Source of the DNA: a virus
Lineage: Duplodnaviria; Caudoviricetes
Virus record (IMG/VR): IMGVR_UViG_3300007760_000615
Location: 1-56,081 of that record
Length of the DNA: 56,081 nt
Direction: 5' to 3' (one strand)
Numbering within the stretch: position 1 is the stretch's first letter; every line of letters begins with the position of its first letter. The notes under the pieces are model-generated. The model saw nothing but the letters and a program-made list of their open reading frames with translations, was not told where the DNA came from and made no database searches. Positions 1 through 9,569 of this stretch are shown in pieces. The translations under genes and the position numbers were made by a program.

Positions 1-15
1 GCCACCAAGTAATAT

Positions 16-80
16 TGGTGGAGGTGGTCGGTACTGCCCCGACGTCCGCAACGTTTATTTCAGATACTTCAACGTCTGCA
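16..80 (-). ncRNA. ssrA: tmRNA, acceptor (3') piece of an alphaproteobacterial-type two-piece permuted gene; the rest lies off the left edge
   Basis: Minus strand reads ...GGACGTCGGGGCAGTACCGACCACCTCCACCA: T-arm with GGCAGTA loop (alpha tmRNA type), Ala-type acceptor 3' strand CACCTCC-A-CCA; promoter-like TAAATA at 84-89; no GGGGGTG 5' strand upstream. Confidence 0.8.
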
Positions 81-98
81 TAATATTTAAGCATAAAG

Positions 99-127
99 TT
101 GACAAAAAGTCAAATCTATGCTAAATT
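99..127 (+). promoter_or_regulatory. sigma70-like promoter, back-to-back with the tmRNA promoter
   Basis: TTGACA 99-104, 17 bp, TG-C-TAAATT 122-127. Confidence 0.55.
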
Positions 128-140
128 AATAAGTAGATAT

Positions 141-338
141 ATGAGAACTTTTACCTTTACTGATGAAAAAGAAATTAATGTAACCAAAGAACATATGAGT
201 TACAAAAAAGCAGTGAAGTCGTTTCAAAATTCTCATAAAATACCGACAGTAAAGATTACATATACCAATAAAAAAGGGACGGCTGTTGACAGATGGATTA
301 AACTTCCAATTGGTAGGAAGAAAAAGTTAGGAAAGTAA
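141..338 (+). CDS. small basic hypothetical protein
   Basis: ORF 99..338; ATG 141 preferred because the upstream TTG is the -35 box. Confidence 0.65.
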   Translation: MRTFTFTDEKEINVTKEHMSYKKAVKSFQNSHKIPTVKITYTNKKGTAVDRWIKLPIGRKKKLGK

Positions 339-346
339 AGAGTAAA

Positions 347-487
347 GTGGCATATAGAATCAAGAGATTGATTTGTAGATTGAGAATGTGGTACGCAGAA
401 GTAAGAGGACACAAGGGGATGAGATGGAATTACGAACCTAGTGAGCACTATATGGGCAGACACAAACGCAATGACAAAGATAGATAA
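347..487 (+). CDS. 46-aa basic hypothetical protein (not in ORF track)
   Basis: GTG..TAA, MAYRIKRLICRLRMWYAEVRGHKGMRWNYEPSEHYMGRHKRNDKDR; fills the gap and overlaps the rplL start. Confidence 0.55.
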   Translation: MAYRIKRLICRLRMWYAEVRGHKGMRWNYEPSEHYMGRHKRNDKDR

Positions 488-836
488 TTTAATAGAAGAA
501 CTTGGTAAACTTACAGTTGTAGAAGCAGGAGAGCTTTCTAAAAGACTGGAGAAAGCATGGGGATTAAACCTAGATGCATTTACAGGTGCTCAAGTCCAAG
601 TTCAAGCACCGGTAGAGGCTAAAGCAACAGCAACCGTAATATTAACTGGTTACCCTGCTGATAAAAAAATTAGTGTACTTAAAAAAGTACGTGAGTTTAT
701 TGATATGGGTTTAATGGAGGCTAAAAACTTTGTAGAAGCATTACCTAAGCCTGTTAAAGAAGATATTGATAAAGAAGAAGCAGAAAAAGTCAAAAAAGCA
801 CTAGAAGAAGCAGGCGGAACTGTCGAATTAAAGTAA
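471..836 (+). CDS. rplL: 50S ribosomal protein L7/L12 (bL12)
   Basis: LTVVEAGELSKRLEKAWG N-domain; KKISVLKKVRE..MGLMEAKNFVEALP..KEEAEKVKKALEEAGGTVELK C-domain; ATG 471 preferred. Confidence 0.95.
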   Translation: MTKIDNLIEELGKLTVVEAGELSKRLEKAWGLNLDAFTGAQVQVQAPVEAKATATVILTGYPADKKISVLKKVREFIDMGLMEAKNFVEALPKPVKEDIDKEEAEKVKKALEEAGGTVELK

Positions 837-837
837 T

Positions 838-2118
838 TTAACTTAAAGTATTAGAAGATTCGTTTAGGTCAAGTGCATCAGCAATTTGTTGTCGATCATG
901 ATCGTTGAGATTATTCAATAATAATTCACTTTGATTGTAAATACTATTGTTTTGTGTAGAGATACCCAATTGTGTACAGCATTCGGTGATAATTTCTTCT
1001 GTAGTTTTAAAATCAAATCCTTTAGTGTCAATTCTAGAATTTTTTATAGCCTTATTTGCGACACTAACTAAATCAACATAATCAGTAACATCAGGTAATC
1101 CTTTATTTTGTAATATATCAGCTATTACTGATTCTTTATCAAAATCAGTACTTGTGTTGTACATAGGATTTAAATTTGCTGAATTAGTTTTGTATTCATT
1201 AAAGTAAGTTTGCCAATCTGCATTTTGTGACACACGAGCTATGAGTTTGTTTAATTGCAGGTCTTCAGCTAAACTGGTATAGCTCATATTATTTGTAAGT
1301 CTTTCAATTTCAGTTCTAATACCAGACACGTTAGAAATTTCTAAATTTACTTGAGTGTTTATTTCTTCTCTGATAGCGATCAAGTCAACAGTTGGATCTC
1401 CTGGAAGAGCGGCTATTCGAGTTTGTAAGTTGGCCATATTACCTGCGGCTGTGTTTACCCTATTATCTAAAGTTGTTTGGAAGTCTGTAGAGTCAGCTAC
1501 AACGGTTGCTAAGAAATCAATCAACTGTGTGTTTGAATATCTCACCGCCGCTGTGGCAGTGGCTAGAGCACTGATTCTTCTCGAATTTGTGTCTATTAGT
1601 TCTAATGTTTGTTTTAATCTTGTAAACACAGGTTTAGAACTATCTTCAGTTTCTAAAAATTTATTGTTCAGTATGCCTAGATGATCGTTTACATCTCTGC
1701 TTTTTTCAGAAGCAGGCACTCCATATAGTTGTGGAATTAAAGATTGCATAGTTTGAACACTTTGTAATATTTCTAAAAAACTGCCTCTGCCATCATCACC
1801 TGATTCGATTTCAGGATCTCCTGGAATAATTGTACCATCAAGTATAGTAGATGTGTGTCTTATTGCATCTTTAAGATAACGTCCAATTTGTAGATGAGGC
1901 TGTGCGTTATATAAAGTTTCTAGTGCATCGTTTTTTTGTGATGTAGTTAATACGGTATTATCGTGTATTGCTGTGTCCATATCAAATGTAGATTTGATCC
2001 ACAAATAGCCATCGTCTTTATCAACATTTTTAATTTCATTAATTGCATTTTCTAAACCTTGATTTGAAAAGTTTGGATCTGCATTAACTAGTGATGTCAA
2101 GCCTTTATTAATTGCCAT
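838..2118 (-). CDS. hypothetical protein, probably virion/baseplate-associated
   Basis: 426-aa ORF 2 bp downstream of the PAAR gene, under the same late promoter. Confidence 0.6.
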   Translation of the reverse strand: MAINKGLTSLVNADPNFSNQGLENAINEIKNVDKDDGYLWIKSTFDMDTAIHDNTVLTTSQKNDALETLYNAQPHLQIGRYLKDAIRHTSTILDGTIIPGDPEIESGDDGRGSFLEILQSVQTMQSLIPQLYGVPASEKSRDVNDHLGILNNKFLETEDSSKPVFTRLKQTLELIDTNSRRISALATATAAVRYSNTQLIDFLATVVADSTDFQTTLDNRVNTAAGNMANLQTRIAALPGDPTVDLIAIREEINTQVNLEISNVSGIRTEIERLTNNMSYTSLAEDLQLNKLIARVSQNADWQTYFNEYKTNSANLNPMYNTSTDFDKESVIADILQNKGLPDVTDYVDLVSVANKAIKNSRIDTKGFDFKTTEEIITECCTQLGISTQNNSIYNQSELLLNNLNDHDRQQIADALDLNESSNTLS

Positions 2119-2120
2119 TC

Positions 2121-2435
2121 TTATCCTCCAGCAAAAACATTAGGTGAACCTTGAAACAATGCTCCTTGATCAGTTGAGTCACCAGCTCTTGCCACTGGTA
2201 TGCCTAGAGCAAATACTGAACTAGAACCCATATTAACTTTTGCTCGGTGAGGTAAACAACAAGGATATTTGCCACACCTCCTTAATATAGTATGTGGTAA
2301 ACAACGATCACCTGGTCTAAGAACTGCTATGCCATTTGCCACAACAGAACCTTGTGTTGCTATACATCCTATTTGGAATGTACAGGGGTGACCGGTTTTT
2401 GCTAGGTCTATTCGATCTCTGCTTATTGCTGGCAT
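2121..2435 (-). CDS. PAAR-domain spike-tip protein (T4 gp5.4-like)
   Basis: MPAISR..TGHPC..GSVVANGIAVLRPGD..PH..GSSSVFALGIPVARAGD..QGSPNVFAGG. Confidence 0.9.
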   Translation of the reverse strand: MPAISRDRIDLAKTGHPCTFQIGCIATQGSVVANGIAVLRPGDRCLPHTILRRCGKYPCCLPHRAKVNMGSSSVFALGIPVARAGDSTDQGALFQGSPNVFAGG

Positions 2436-2442
2436 AATGTAT

Positions 2443-2450
2443 TATTTATA
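2443..2450 (-). promoter_or_regulatory. T4-type late promoter TATAAATA
   Basis: Exact TATAAATA 8 nt upstream of the PAAR ATG; the TAAATA core recurs before many genes. Confidence 0.75.
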
Positions 2451-2470
2451 GTAGTAGAAAACCGCTATTA

Positions 2471-4240
2471 TTATATCGGAAATAACGTTTTATCGTTCCT
2501 GGTCCATATTTCCCACCTACCTTTTTTTGAATATATAGGATTGCTATTATATGGAGCAATCATTTTATAAGACTTAACCCATTCACGACCAAACCATGTG
2601 GGAATATGTCTATTAACAGACAAAGATTTTTTATAGAAATCAAATAGTTCTTTATTTTTCTTTTCAGTTATCCAGTTGTGTGCAGGACTGTCCCATCCTG
2701 TTTTTCTTTTATCAATAATGTAGTTGGGTAATATATTTTTGTATGCTTTCCTAGGTAAACTTTTTCTAAGTTCTAAACTGTGTATTTTGTCTTTGCTTGG
2801 AATGGATAATGCATAATTCATAAAAAGTTTTGTAGCATAAGGAAATCGTGATTCAATAGAATTTGCCATTCCAAATTTATCAGCAAATCCAAAATATTCC
2901 TCTGATGCAAAACTTAGACATTCTAGACCTATAAAAGATGCACACACGTCATCAGGATTCCACAAGCTACTATCGTTATAAATTTTAATAAACTCTTCCA
3001 GCACATCTTGTTTAGTTGGTAAGTTTTGATCAATTGGTACAGGTTCTCTAATATAAGTTAATAATTCTTTATTAATTAATTCTTTCCAACTTTTAATATT
3101 TGATGATAATAACTTGTAATGATGTTTGTATCCACATAGCATTTCATCTCCTAGATCTCCTGTCAATGCTACAACAATACCTTTATTTTTCATATAATTG
3201 CTCATTTGGTAATAAGCAGGCATACTACAATTTAATATAGGTTCTTCATAATGATATACTGCTTTTAAAAAATTATCTTTATAATCTTTAGGAGTACACA
3301 AAACAGGATTCAAATTTAAATTAAAGTCTTTAGTAAATCTTTTTGCAGTATCAAAGTCAGAATGAAAATCTTCCCAATCATTTTCTATTAAAGGATCATA
3401 GTGATGTGTAAAACAATCCATGGAACCTAAGTGCTTTTTTGCTTCATATACCATTACACTTGAATCTAATCCTCCACTTAAAAATGAACCTATTTTTCTT
3501 CTTCCAATAGTAGTCATTTTAACAGTTTTACTCATTACATCTCTATATTCTTCAGGATCAAATTTATGATTTGAGGTAGGTTTCGTATAGATTCTATAAC
3601 TATTTTTTATTTTTTTATTTTCTATATCATAAACAATACTTTCTCCGGGTAGTACTTTTTTAATATTTGTAAAAAATGTATCACGTAATGGATTAACTCC
3701 AATAAGTTCTAACGATTTCATAGCAAATGGATTAATATTATGAGCATTGGGTACTTTGTTTATTAGTCCTTTTATTTCAGAACCAAATACTAATCCTTCT
3801 TTTATTTCTGCATAGTATACAGGTTTAATTCCTGCATGGTCTCTGCTTAATGTAATTTGTTTCTTCTTTGGTTCATAGTATGCAAAGCCATGCATAGAAT
3901 CTATTTCTTCTAAAAATGCTAGTCCAAATGTATCCAGTCCCCAAGCAAGTAGTTCGGTATCGCAACCTGTAGTATCTGTAAATTGTTTGTATTTTGTTTT
4001 AAGTTCGTAGTAATTAAAAATTTCACCATTATAAACAAGTGTGTTTCCTTTGGGAGTTATCCAAGGTTGCATTGATTGTTTTGGGTTTGCCATTATACTT
4101 AAAAGATTGTGTCCAAGTGTTACGTTATAATTTGGATCACACCAAACTTTGGATCCATCTGGACCTCGATAGTTACAAGTGTCTATATAATTTTGTATAA
4201 ATTTAGGATTATGATCAGTTATTCCGTATATTCCACACAT
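2471..4240 (-). CDS. asnB: asparagine synthase (glutamine-hydrolysing)-like amidotransferase
   Basis: N-terminal MCGI (Ntn Cys), RGPD, YNGEIFNY, RDHAGIKPVYY, FLSGGLDSS, TGDLGDE. Confidence 0.9.
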   Translation of the reverse strand: MCGIYGITDHNPKFIQNYIDTCNYRGPDGSKVWCDPNYNVTLGHNLLSIMANPKQSMQPWITPKGNTLVYNGEIFNYYELKTKYKQFTDTTGCDTELLAWGLDTFGLAFLEEIDSMHGFAYYEPKKKQITLSRDHAGIKPVYYAEIKEGLVFGSEIKGLINKVPNAHNINPFAMKSLELIGVNPLRDTFFTNIKKVLPGESIVYDIENKKIKNSYRIYTKPTSNHKFDPEEYRDVMSKTVKMTTIGRRKIGSFLSGGLDSSVMVYEAKKHLGSMDCFTHHYDPLIENDWEDFHSDFDTAKRFTKDFNLNLNPVLCTPKDYKDNFLKAVYHYEEPILNCSMPAYYQMSNYMKNKGIVVALTGDLGDEMLCGYKHHYKLLSSNIKSWKELINKELLTYIREPVPIDQNLPTKQDVLEEFIKIYNDSSLWNPDDVCASFIGLECLSFASEEYFGFADKFGMANSIESRFPYATKLFMNYALSIPSKDKIHSLELRKSLPRKAYKNILPNYIIDKRKTGWDSPAHNWITEKKNKELFDFYKKSLSVNRHIPTWFGREWVKSYKMIAPYNSNPIYSKKGRWEIWTRNDKTLFPI

Positions 4241-4243
4241 AAG

Positions 4244-4918
4244 TTACCATGGTATAGAGTTGCCTTGCCAATCTATAAATGTTCCGTTCATTGATTCATC
4301 CATTTTGTTAATTGACTTTATTATATTTTCTGCTGTTTCTTCTGGTGATTGATCTGCATCGGCACCACCCATATCAGTTCGAGACCAACCAGGGTTAATA
4401 CAAGTAATAACAATGTTATCATTTTTCCAATCGACTGATAAACTTTTTGCCGCGGCATTCATTGCCGCTTTTGATGTTCTATATATTGTAAATTTTCCTC
4501 TGTGTCTATGCCAACCTATACTAGCCTTTTGTGCAGATACAAATACAATTTTTTTCTTTGTTCCTGCTAGTATATTATTTTTTAATTGATGTGTTAACAA
4601 TATAGGTCCTATAGCATTAGTCATTATTTCGTCTTGCCATATCTTAACATCTACTTTAGTTTCGTGATCATACGTAAACCTTCCAGCATTATTAATTAAT
4701 ATGTCAATAGGGGTGTCCCCAACGTTATTAGAAAACTCATAGATACTATTAGGATTTAATAAATCAAGTTTATAAATTTTAACATTAGGAAGTTTCTTTA
4801 ATTCTAAAACATTATTAATATTTCTTACTCCGGTAATAACATTATAACCTAATTTTGAAAATTGTTTAGCAAATTCTAGACCAAGACCTCTGTTTCCACC
4901 TGTAATTAAAACGTTCAT
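4244..4918 (-). CDS. short-chain dehydrogenase/reductase (C-factor/CsgA-like)
   Basis: TGGNRGLG, NNAG, YRTSK catalytic motif, NPGWSRTDMGG. Confidence 0.9.
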   Translation of the reverse strand: MNVLITGGNRGLGLEFAKQFSKLGYNVITGVRNINNVLELKKLPNVKIYKLDLLNPNSIYEFSNNVGDTPIDILINNAGRFTYDHETKVDVKIWQDEIMTNAIGPILLTHQLKNNILAGTKKKIVFVSAQKASIGWHRHRGKFTIYRTSKAAMNAAAKSLSVDWKNDNIVITCINPGWSRTDMGGADADQSPEETAENIIKSINKMDESMNGTFIDWQGNSIPW

Positions 4919-4926
4919 ATTTTTAA

Positions 4927-5817
4927 TTAGTTACACCCATATGCTATTAAAACTTTTCGTGAGTTATTACTATCATTTACTACAGAATGTACGTAATCAC
5001 TAGTATTAACTAACAGTAAATTATCAAGAGGAACAAGTCCTGCTTCATTAAATTTAAAATATATATTTTTGTCGGAACTAAAACTATAATAAAGTTTTTT
5101 ACAACCTTTTTTATATGGCCAAAGATTTTTATTTGTGCTGTCATCGATATGTATTGGTATGTAACTAAAAGGATCTAAAGTAGCAATAAAAATATCTAAT
5201 ATACTTGTATAGCCAACTGTTTTAAAAAGTTTAATTGCATCATTGTTATCAATTTTATTAAAGTTAATAAGAGGAAGGTCTGCTCTTGGTTTTAATGTTT
5301 GGAAAGACCACCCAGGTTCAACGTTATCATTATATTTTAATTGTGATTCAAATTTACGTAACATTTCATTTTTATTAATTGTTGGTGTAGTAAAAATTTT
5401 ATAAGGGGGATTGTCTTTCCACCAATGTGGTCCGTTTGCATTTTTAAAAAATGAGTTAATACTTTCAGAATATAATTTACTTAACGTAATTGGTCTATCG
5501 ACAGTAAGCATATAGTTGTCATATAGTTCTTTATTAAAATCGTCACTGTTAATATCTTTCCTGCAACAAGAAATCATACATCCTAAATTTGTGTGTATCC
5601 AAATATGAAAAGAATTATTTTTAATGTAACCTGTGTGTATTAACTCTCCAATTGATTCGTTGTTAATTAATATATCATTTATTTGTATATTAGATGTAGT
5701 AAGTAAATACCAACCATCTAGTCCTGAAATTTTTGTATTATTTTTTGTATAGATTTTATATCCGTCGAGGGATTCTAAAGTAATATCAGTAATACCTGCT
5801 TGTATGGAAATGTACAT
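4927..5817 (-). CDS. protein with C-terminal 2OG-Fe(II) oxygenase (Asp/Asn beta-hydroxylase-like) domain
   Basis: LDPFSYIPIHID..VHSVVN..R: HxD..H..R pattern. Confidence 0.6.
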   Translation of the reverse strand: MYISIQAGITDITLESLDGYKIYTKNNTKISGLDGWYLLTTSNIQINDILINNESIGELIHTGYIKNNSFHIWIHTNLGCMISCCRKDINSDDFNKELYDNYMLTVDRPITLSKLYSESINSFFKNANGPHWWKDNPPYKIFTTPTINKNEMLRKFESQLKYNDNVEPGWSFQTLKPRADLPLINFNKIDNNDAIKLFKTVGYTSILDIFIATLDPFSYIPIHIDDSTNKNLWPYKKGCKKLYYSFSSDKNIYFKFNEAGLVPLDNLLLVNTSDYVHSVVNDSNNSRKVLIAYGCN

Positions 5818-5841
5818 TAAAGGTATTTAATAATAGAGATT

Positions 5842-6942
5842 TTACAGTTTGAATTTACTGAATTGATCCTTTTCAACGTCTTGTTTGATACCACCTACAA
5901 TGTAGGATTCAACTTCTGTTTCTTGTGGTGCTACTTGTAAGCCTTTAGAACTTAACCAGTGTGTAGTCCATGGTAATGGATTTTGATTTGCTGGAACATC
6001 GTATATTGGATCAAGGTTTAATGCTCGTAGTCTTTTATTTGCTATCCATTCTACATATCTAGAAAGTAGTCGTTCATTAAGTCCAATTATAGAGCCATCT
6101 TTAAAGAGATAGTTACACCATGCTTTTTCTTCCTCAACACATTTTTTCCACATTTTAATTACATCATCTTTGCATTCTTTTATAAGTGGTTTCATTTCTT
6201 TGTCATCACCATTCATCCAATTTTTAATAATGTGTGTTGTAATTGCTAGATGCTGAGATTCATCACGTGCTATTAATGAAAGTATTTTAGCAGAACCTTC
6301 CATAAGTTTAAGTTCACCAAACGCGAAAGTACAAGCAAATGAAACATAGAATCTTAATCCTTCTAGCATATTAACGTTTACCATTGCTAGATATAATTTT
6401 TTCTTTAATACTCTTGTTGATCCTTTGCCATTAACGTCCCATTGTTTTGCGTAATCAATAAAATCATCATAATGTTTTGTAACTGATGTTGCCCTTTTTA
6501 TTATTTCTTTGTCATCAATAATTTTATCAAGTACATCACTTGGATTAGCATAAACATTTTTCATAATATGTGTGTATGCTCTAGAGTGTATAGTTTCAAA
6601 AAAATCCCAAGTAACAATACAACTTTCTAATTCAGGTAGTGAACAATATGGTAAAAATGCAATTACTGGACCACGTCCTTGTACACTATCTAGTAGTGTT
6701 TGATATTTTAAATTAGATGTAAAAATGTGTTTTTGTTCTGGACGAAACTGTGCGTAATCTGATCTATCTTTTTGTAATGATACTTCTTCAGGTCTCCAAA
6801 AGTAACCTAGTTGTGTTTGTGTTAGTTTATCAAATACAGGATATTTAAAAGTGTCAAACCTTTGAACATTTTGATCGTCACCAAAAAACATTGGTTGTTT
6901 AGTGAAGTCTATATTAGACTGATTAAAAATAGTCTTACTCAT
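5842..6942 (-). CDS. nrdB: ribonucleotide reductase class Ia beta subunit
   Basis: FWRPEEV, LDSVQGR, ETIHSRAY, EGLRFYVSFAC, RDESQH, QVAPQETE. Confidence 0.98.
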   Translation of the reverse strand: MSKTIFNQSNIDFTKQPMFFGDDQNVQRFDTFKYPVFDKLTQTQLGYFWRPEEVSLQKDRSDYAQFRPEQKHIFTSNLKYQTLLDSVQGRGPVIAFLPYCSLPELESCIVTWDFFETIHSRAYTHIMKNVYANPSDVLDKIIDDKEIIKRATSVTKHYDDFIDYAKQWDVNGKGSTRVLKKKLYLAMVNVNMLEGLRFYVSFACTFAFGELKLMEGSAKILSLIARDESQHLAITTHIIKNWMNGDDKEMKPLIKECKDDVIKMWKKCVEEEKAWCNYLFKDGSIIGLNERLLSRYVEWIANKRLRALNLDPIYDVPANQNPLPWTTHWLSSKGLQVAPQETEVESYIVGGIKQDVEKDQFSKFKL

Positions 6943-6962
6943 TATAGTTGTATTTAATTATA

Positions 6963-9356
6963 TTATATTGTGCAGGCATCACAGTCATCTTCTTTATTAG
7001 CACTGGCAGTGACTTCTACACTAGTGTTAACTTTAGCATGACCGTTAACGATTTGTCTATCTGATAATTGTAATTCTACTTCTTCACCTTCGTCAGTTTC
7101 AACTGTATCGCCATATCCTGCTGGTTGTACATCTTCTTCTTCACCTTTAAAGTCATAAGTGTTTTGATAGTAAGAAGTTTTCCAACCATACTTGTATGTG
7201 TTAAGCATATCTGTTGCCATTACTGATAAAGGTACTTCATTATTTTCATAGTGTTTAGGATTATAAGACCAGTTACCACTAATTGCTTGATCAAAATATT
7301 TTTGCATTATTGCTACAATATTAATATATCCTTCGTTGTTTGGCATATCCCATAGTAAAGTATAATCATTTTTAAGTTTAGGATAACCTGGAACGATTTG
7401 TTTTAATGGTCCTTTTTTAGATTTTTTAATTGATAGTAATGCTCTAGGTGGTTCAATTCCGTTTGTTTCGTTACTAACTACGGAAGAACTTTCACTTGGC
7501 ATTTGAGAAGATAAAGTGGAATTTCTTAATCCATATTTTGCAATATCTTTTCTTAAACTTTCCCATGCCATTCTTTGTTTGTGTGGTATAATTTTGTCTA
7601 CTTCTTTTTTATAGTGATCAAGTGGTAAGTCACCATCTGCATATTTTGTTTTATCGAATGCAGAACATTTACCTTTTTCTTCTGCAAGGTCACATGATGC
7701 TCTTAATAGATAATATTGAAATGCTTCGGAAAGTCTATCAACTAATTCCCAAGCTCTTTCATCAGAATATTTTACACCATTTTTTGCTAGATAGTGTGCC
7801 AAACCTATATACCCAATACCTAAAGAACGTCTTGCTTTAGTGCTTATTTCTGCCGCCTTAACTGGATATCTTTGATAGTCGATAATTTGATCTAATGCTC
7901 TTACTGATATATCGCATAAGTTTTCTAATTCACTTACATCATTTAGTGTACCAACATTAACAGCGGAAAGAATACAAAGTGCAATTTCTCCCTTGTCATC
8001 GTCAATGTGTTGTATAGGTGTTGTGGGTAATGTAATTTCTTGACATAAGTTTGACATAGATACTTTGTCTTTAAAAGAAGAATGAGTATTACAGTGATCA
8101 ATATTCATAATATAGATCCGTCCTGTCTCCGCTCTTTCTTTTAATAAATCAAAAAATAAATCTTGTGCTTTAACAACTTTTTTTGGAATACTTTTGTCAT
8201 CTTCGTATTTTTCATATAAGTCATCAAAGTCTTCTGTACCAAATGCATCATATAATCCTGGTGCTACTTGTGGTGATATAAGAGTAATGTTTTCGTTATT
8301 AATAAATCTTTCATAAAACAATTTAGAAAGTTGTATAGAATAATCCATACGTCTTACTCTGTTATCTTCTGTACCTTTATTATTTTTTAAAACCAGTATA
8401 TCTTCTATTTCAGGATGCCATATTGGGAAGTGGACAGTTGCGTTACCTCCACGTACTCCGTTCTGTGTGCAACATCTTACAGTGCTTTCGAATTTTTTTA
8501 GAAACGGAATCACTCCTGTGTGTTGAACTTCTCCACCTCTAATTTTAGAATTGATTCCTCTTATACGCCCTGCATTAATTCCTATCCCTGCTCTTCTAGC
8601 AACATATAAACCAATTGCCATATCACCTGAGAAGATAGAAGGTAACGTGTCGTCTATGTCAACTAAGACACAACTTGCAAATTGTCTTACTGGTGTTCTT
8701 ACTCCAGCCATAACTGGAGTTGGAATGTTAATTTTGTGTAATGAGATTGCATCGTAATATTTTTTAATGTAGGATAGTCTTGTTTTTTCAGGATAGTTAG
8801 CGAATAGCGTGGCCGCTATCATCATATACATATCTTGTGGAGTTTCGTATAATTCTCCTGTACTTCTATCTTGTACTAGATATTTGTCACAGACTTGTCT
8901 TAACCCTGCATAGGTAAATTTTAAATCTCTTTCTCTTCGTATCCAAGAGTTTAATTTTTTAATTTCTGTTTTAGAATATTTTTCTACAATGTCTTTATCA
9001 TACACACCATTTCTAACATTTCTTAAAATTAATTTTAATAAAGGAGTATATTCATATTGTCCGTGTGCTTCTTTTCTTACATCATATAAAAGTAATCTTG
9101 CCGCGGCGTATTGGTAATTTGGAGTTTCGAGAGTTATTAAATCATTTGCTGAACGTACTAAAACATTTTGAATATCTTTTGTAGTCATGCCATCATAAAA
9201 TTGTATGTTGGCATTCATTTCTATCTGTGATGCCGAGACCCCAGGTAAATTTTCACAGGCCTCTTCAACAACGAAATGAATTTTATTAATGTCTAGAGAT
9301 TCTTTTCTGCCATCACGTTTGGTGATTGAAATGTTCATTGTACTGGCGGTTGGCAT
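6963..9356 (-). CDS. nrdA: ribonucleotide reductase class Ia alpha subunit with ATP cone
   Basis: TKRDG ATP cone, PTPVMAG, QFASCVL, SNLCQEI, LCIL, MPSESSS, C-terminal CDAC; start 9356 follows AAAGGA (ORF open to 9425). Confidence 0.98.
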   Translation of the reverse strand: MPTASTMNISITKRDGRKESLDINKIHFVVEEACENLPGVSASQIEMNANIQFYDGMTTKDIQNVLVRSANDLITLETPNYQYAAARLLLYDVRKEAHGQYEYTPLLKLILRNVRNGVYDKDIVEKYSKTEIKKLNSWIRRERDLKFTYAGLRQVCDKYLVQDRSTGELYETPQDMYMMIAATLFANYPEKTRLSYIKKYYDAISLHKINIPTPVMAGVRTPVRQFASCVLVDIDDTLPSIFSGDMAIGLYVARRAGIGINAGRIRGINSKIRGGEVQHTGVIPFLKKFESTVRCCTQNGVRGGNATVHFPIWHPEIEDILVLKNNKGTEDNRVRRMDYSIQLSKLFYERFINNENITLISPQVAPGLYDAFGTEDFDDLYEKYEDDKSIPKKVVKAQDLFFDLLKERAETGRIYIMNIDHCNTHSSFKDKVSMSNLCQEITLPTTPIQHIDDDKGEIALCILSAVNVGTLNDVSELENLCDISVRALDQIIDYQRYPVKAAEISTKARRSLGIGYIGLAHYLAKNGVKYSDERAWELVDRLSEAFQYYLLRASCDLAEEKGKCSAFDKTKYADGDLPLDHYKKEVDKIIPHKQRMAWESLRKDIAKYGLRNSTLSSQMPSESSSVVSNETNGIEPPRALLSIKKSKKGPLKQIVPGYPKLKNDYTLLWDMPNNEGYINIVAIMQKYFDQAISGNWSYNPKHYENNEVPLSVMATDMLNTYKYGWKTSYYQNTYDFKGEEEDVQPAGYGDTVETDEGEEVELQLSDRQIVNGHAKVNTSVEVTASANKEDDCDACTI

Positions 9357-9507
9357 TGTGTAAGTTTTTTTTCCTTTTTTTGCTTTGGATTTTATATGCA
9401 TATTTATCGTATCTAGTTTTATCATGTTTGTTATAAAATTTTCAAAAATTTTTTACCTTTCCGTACGGAAAAAATCGTTCCATCGTTTTGTTCTTTTATT
9501 TTATGCT

Positions 9508-9536
9508 ATTATATAGATGAAAAAATTTTTTGTCTA
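9508..9536 (-). promoter_or_regulatory. sigma70-like promoter for nrdAB
   Basis: TAGACA, 17 bp, TATAAT on the minus strand. Confidence 0.6.
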
Positions 9537-9569
9537 TGAAATTATGTGCAACTTTCAGTTTAGTGTATG

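Noticed and set aside
16-50. tRNA gene
   Set aside because: There is no D or anticodon arm upstream and the T-loop is GGCAGTA; this fits tmRNA better
5842-9356. Introns, inteins or homing endonucleases in nrdAB
   Set aside because: Both ORFs are continuous and of normal length; only an acidic C-terminal linker extension in NrdA
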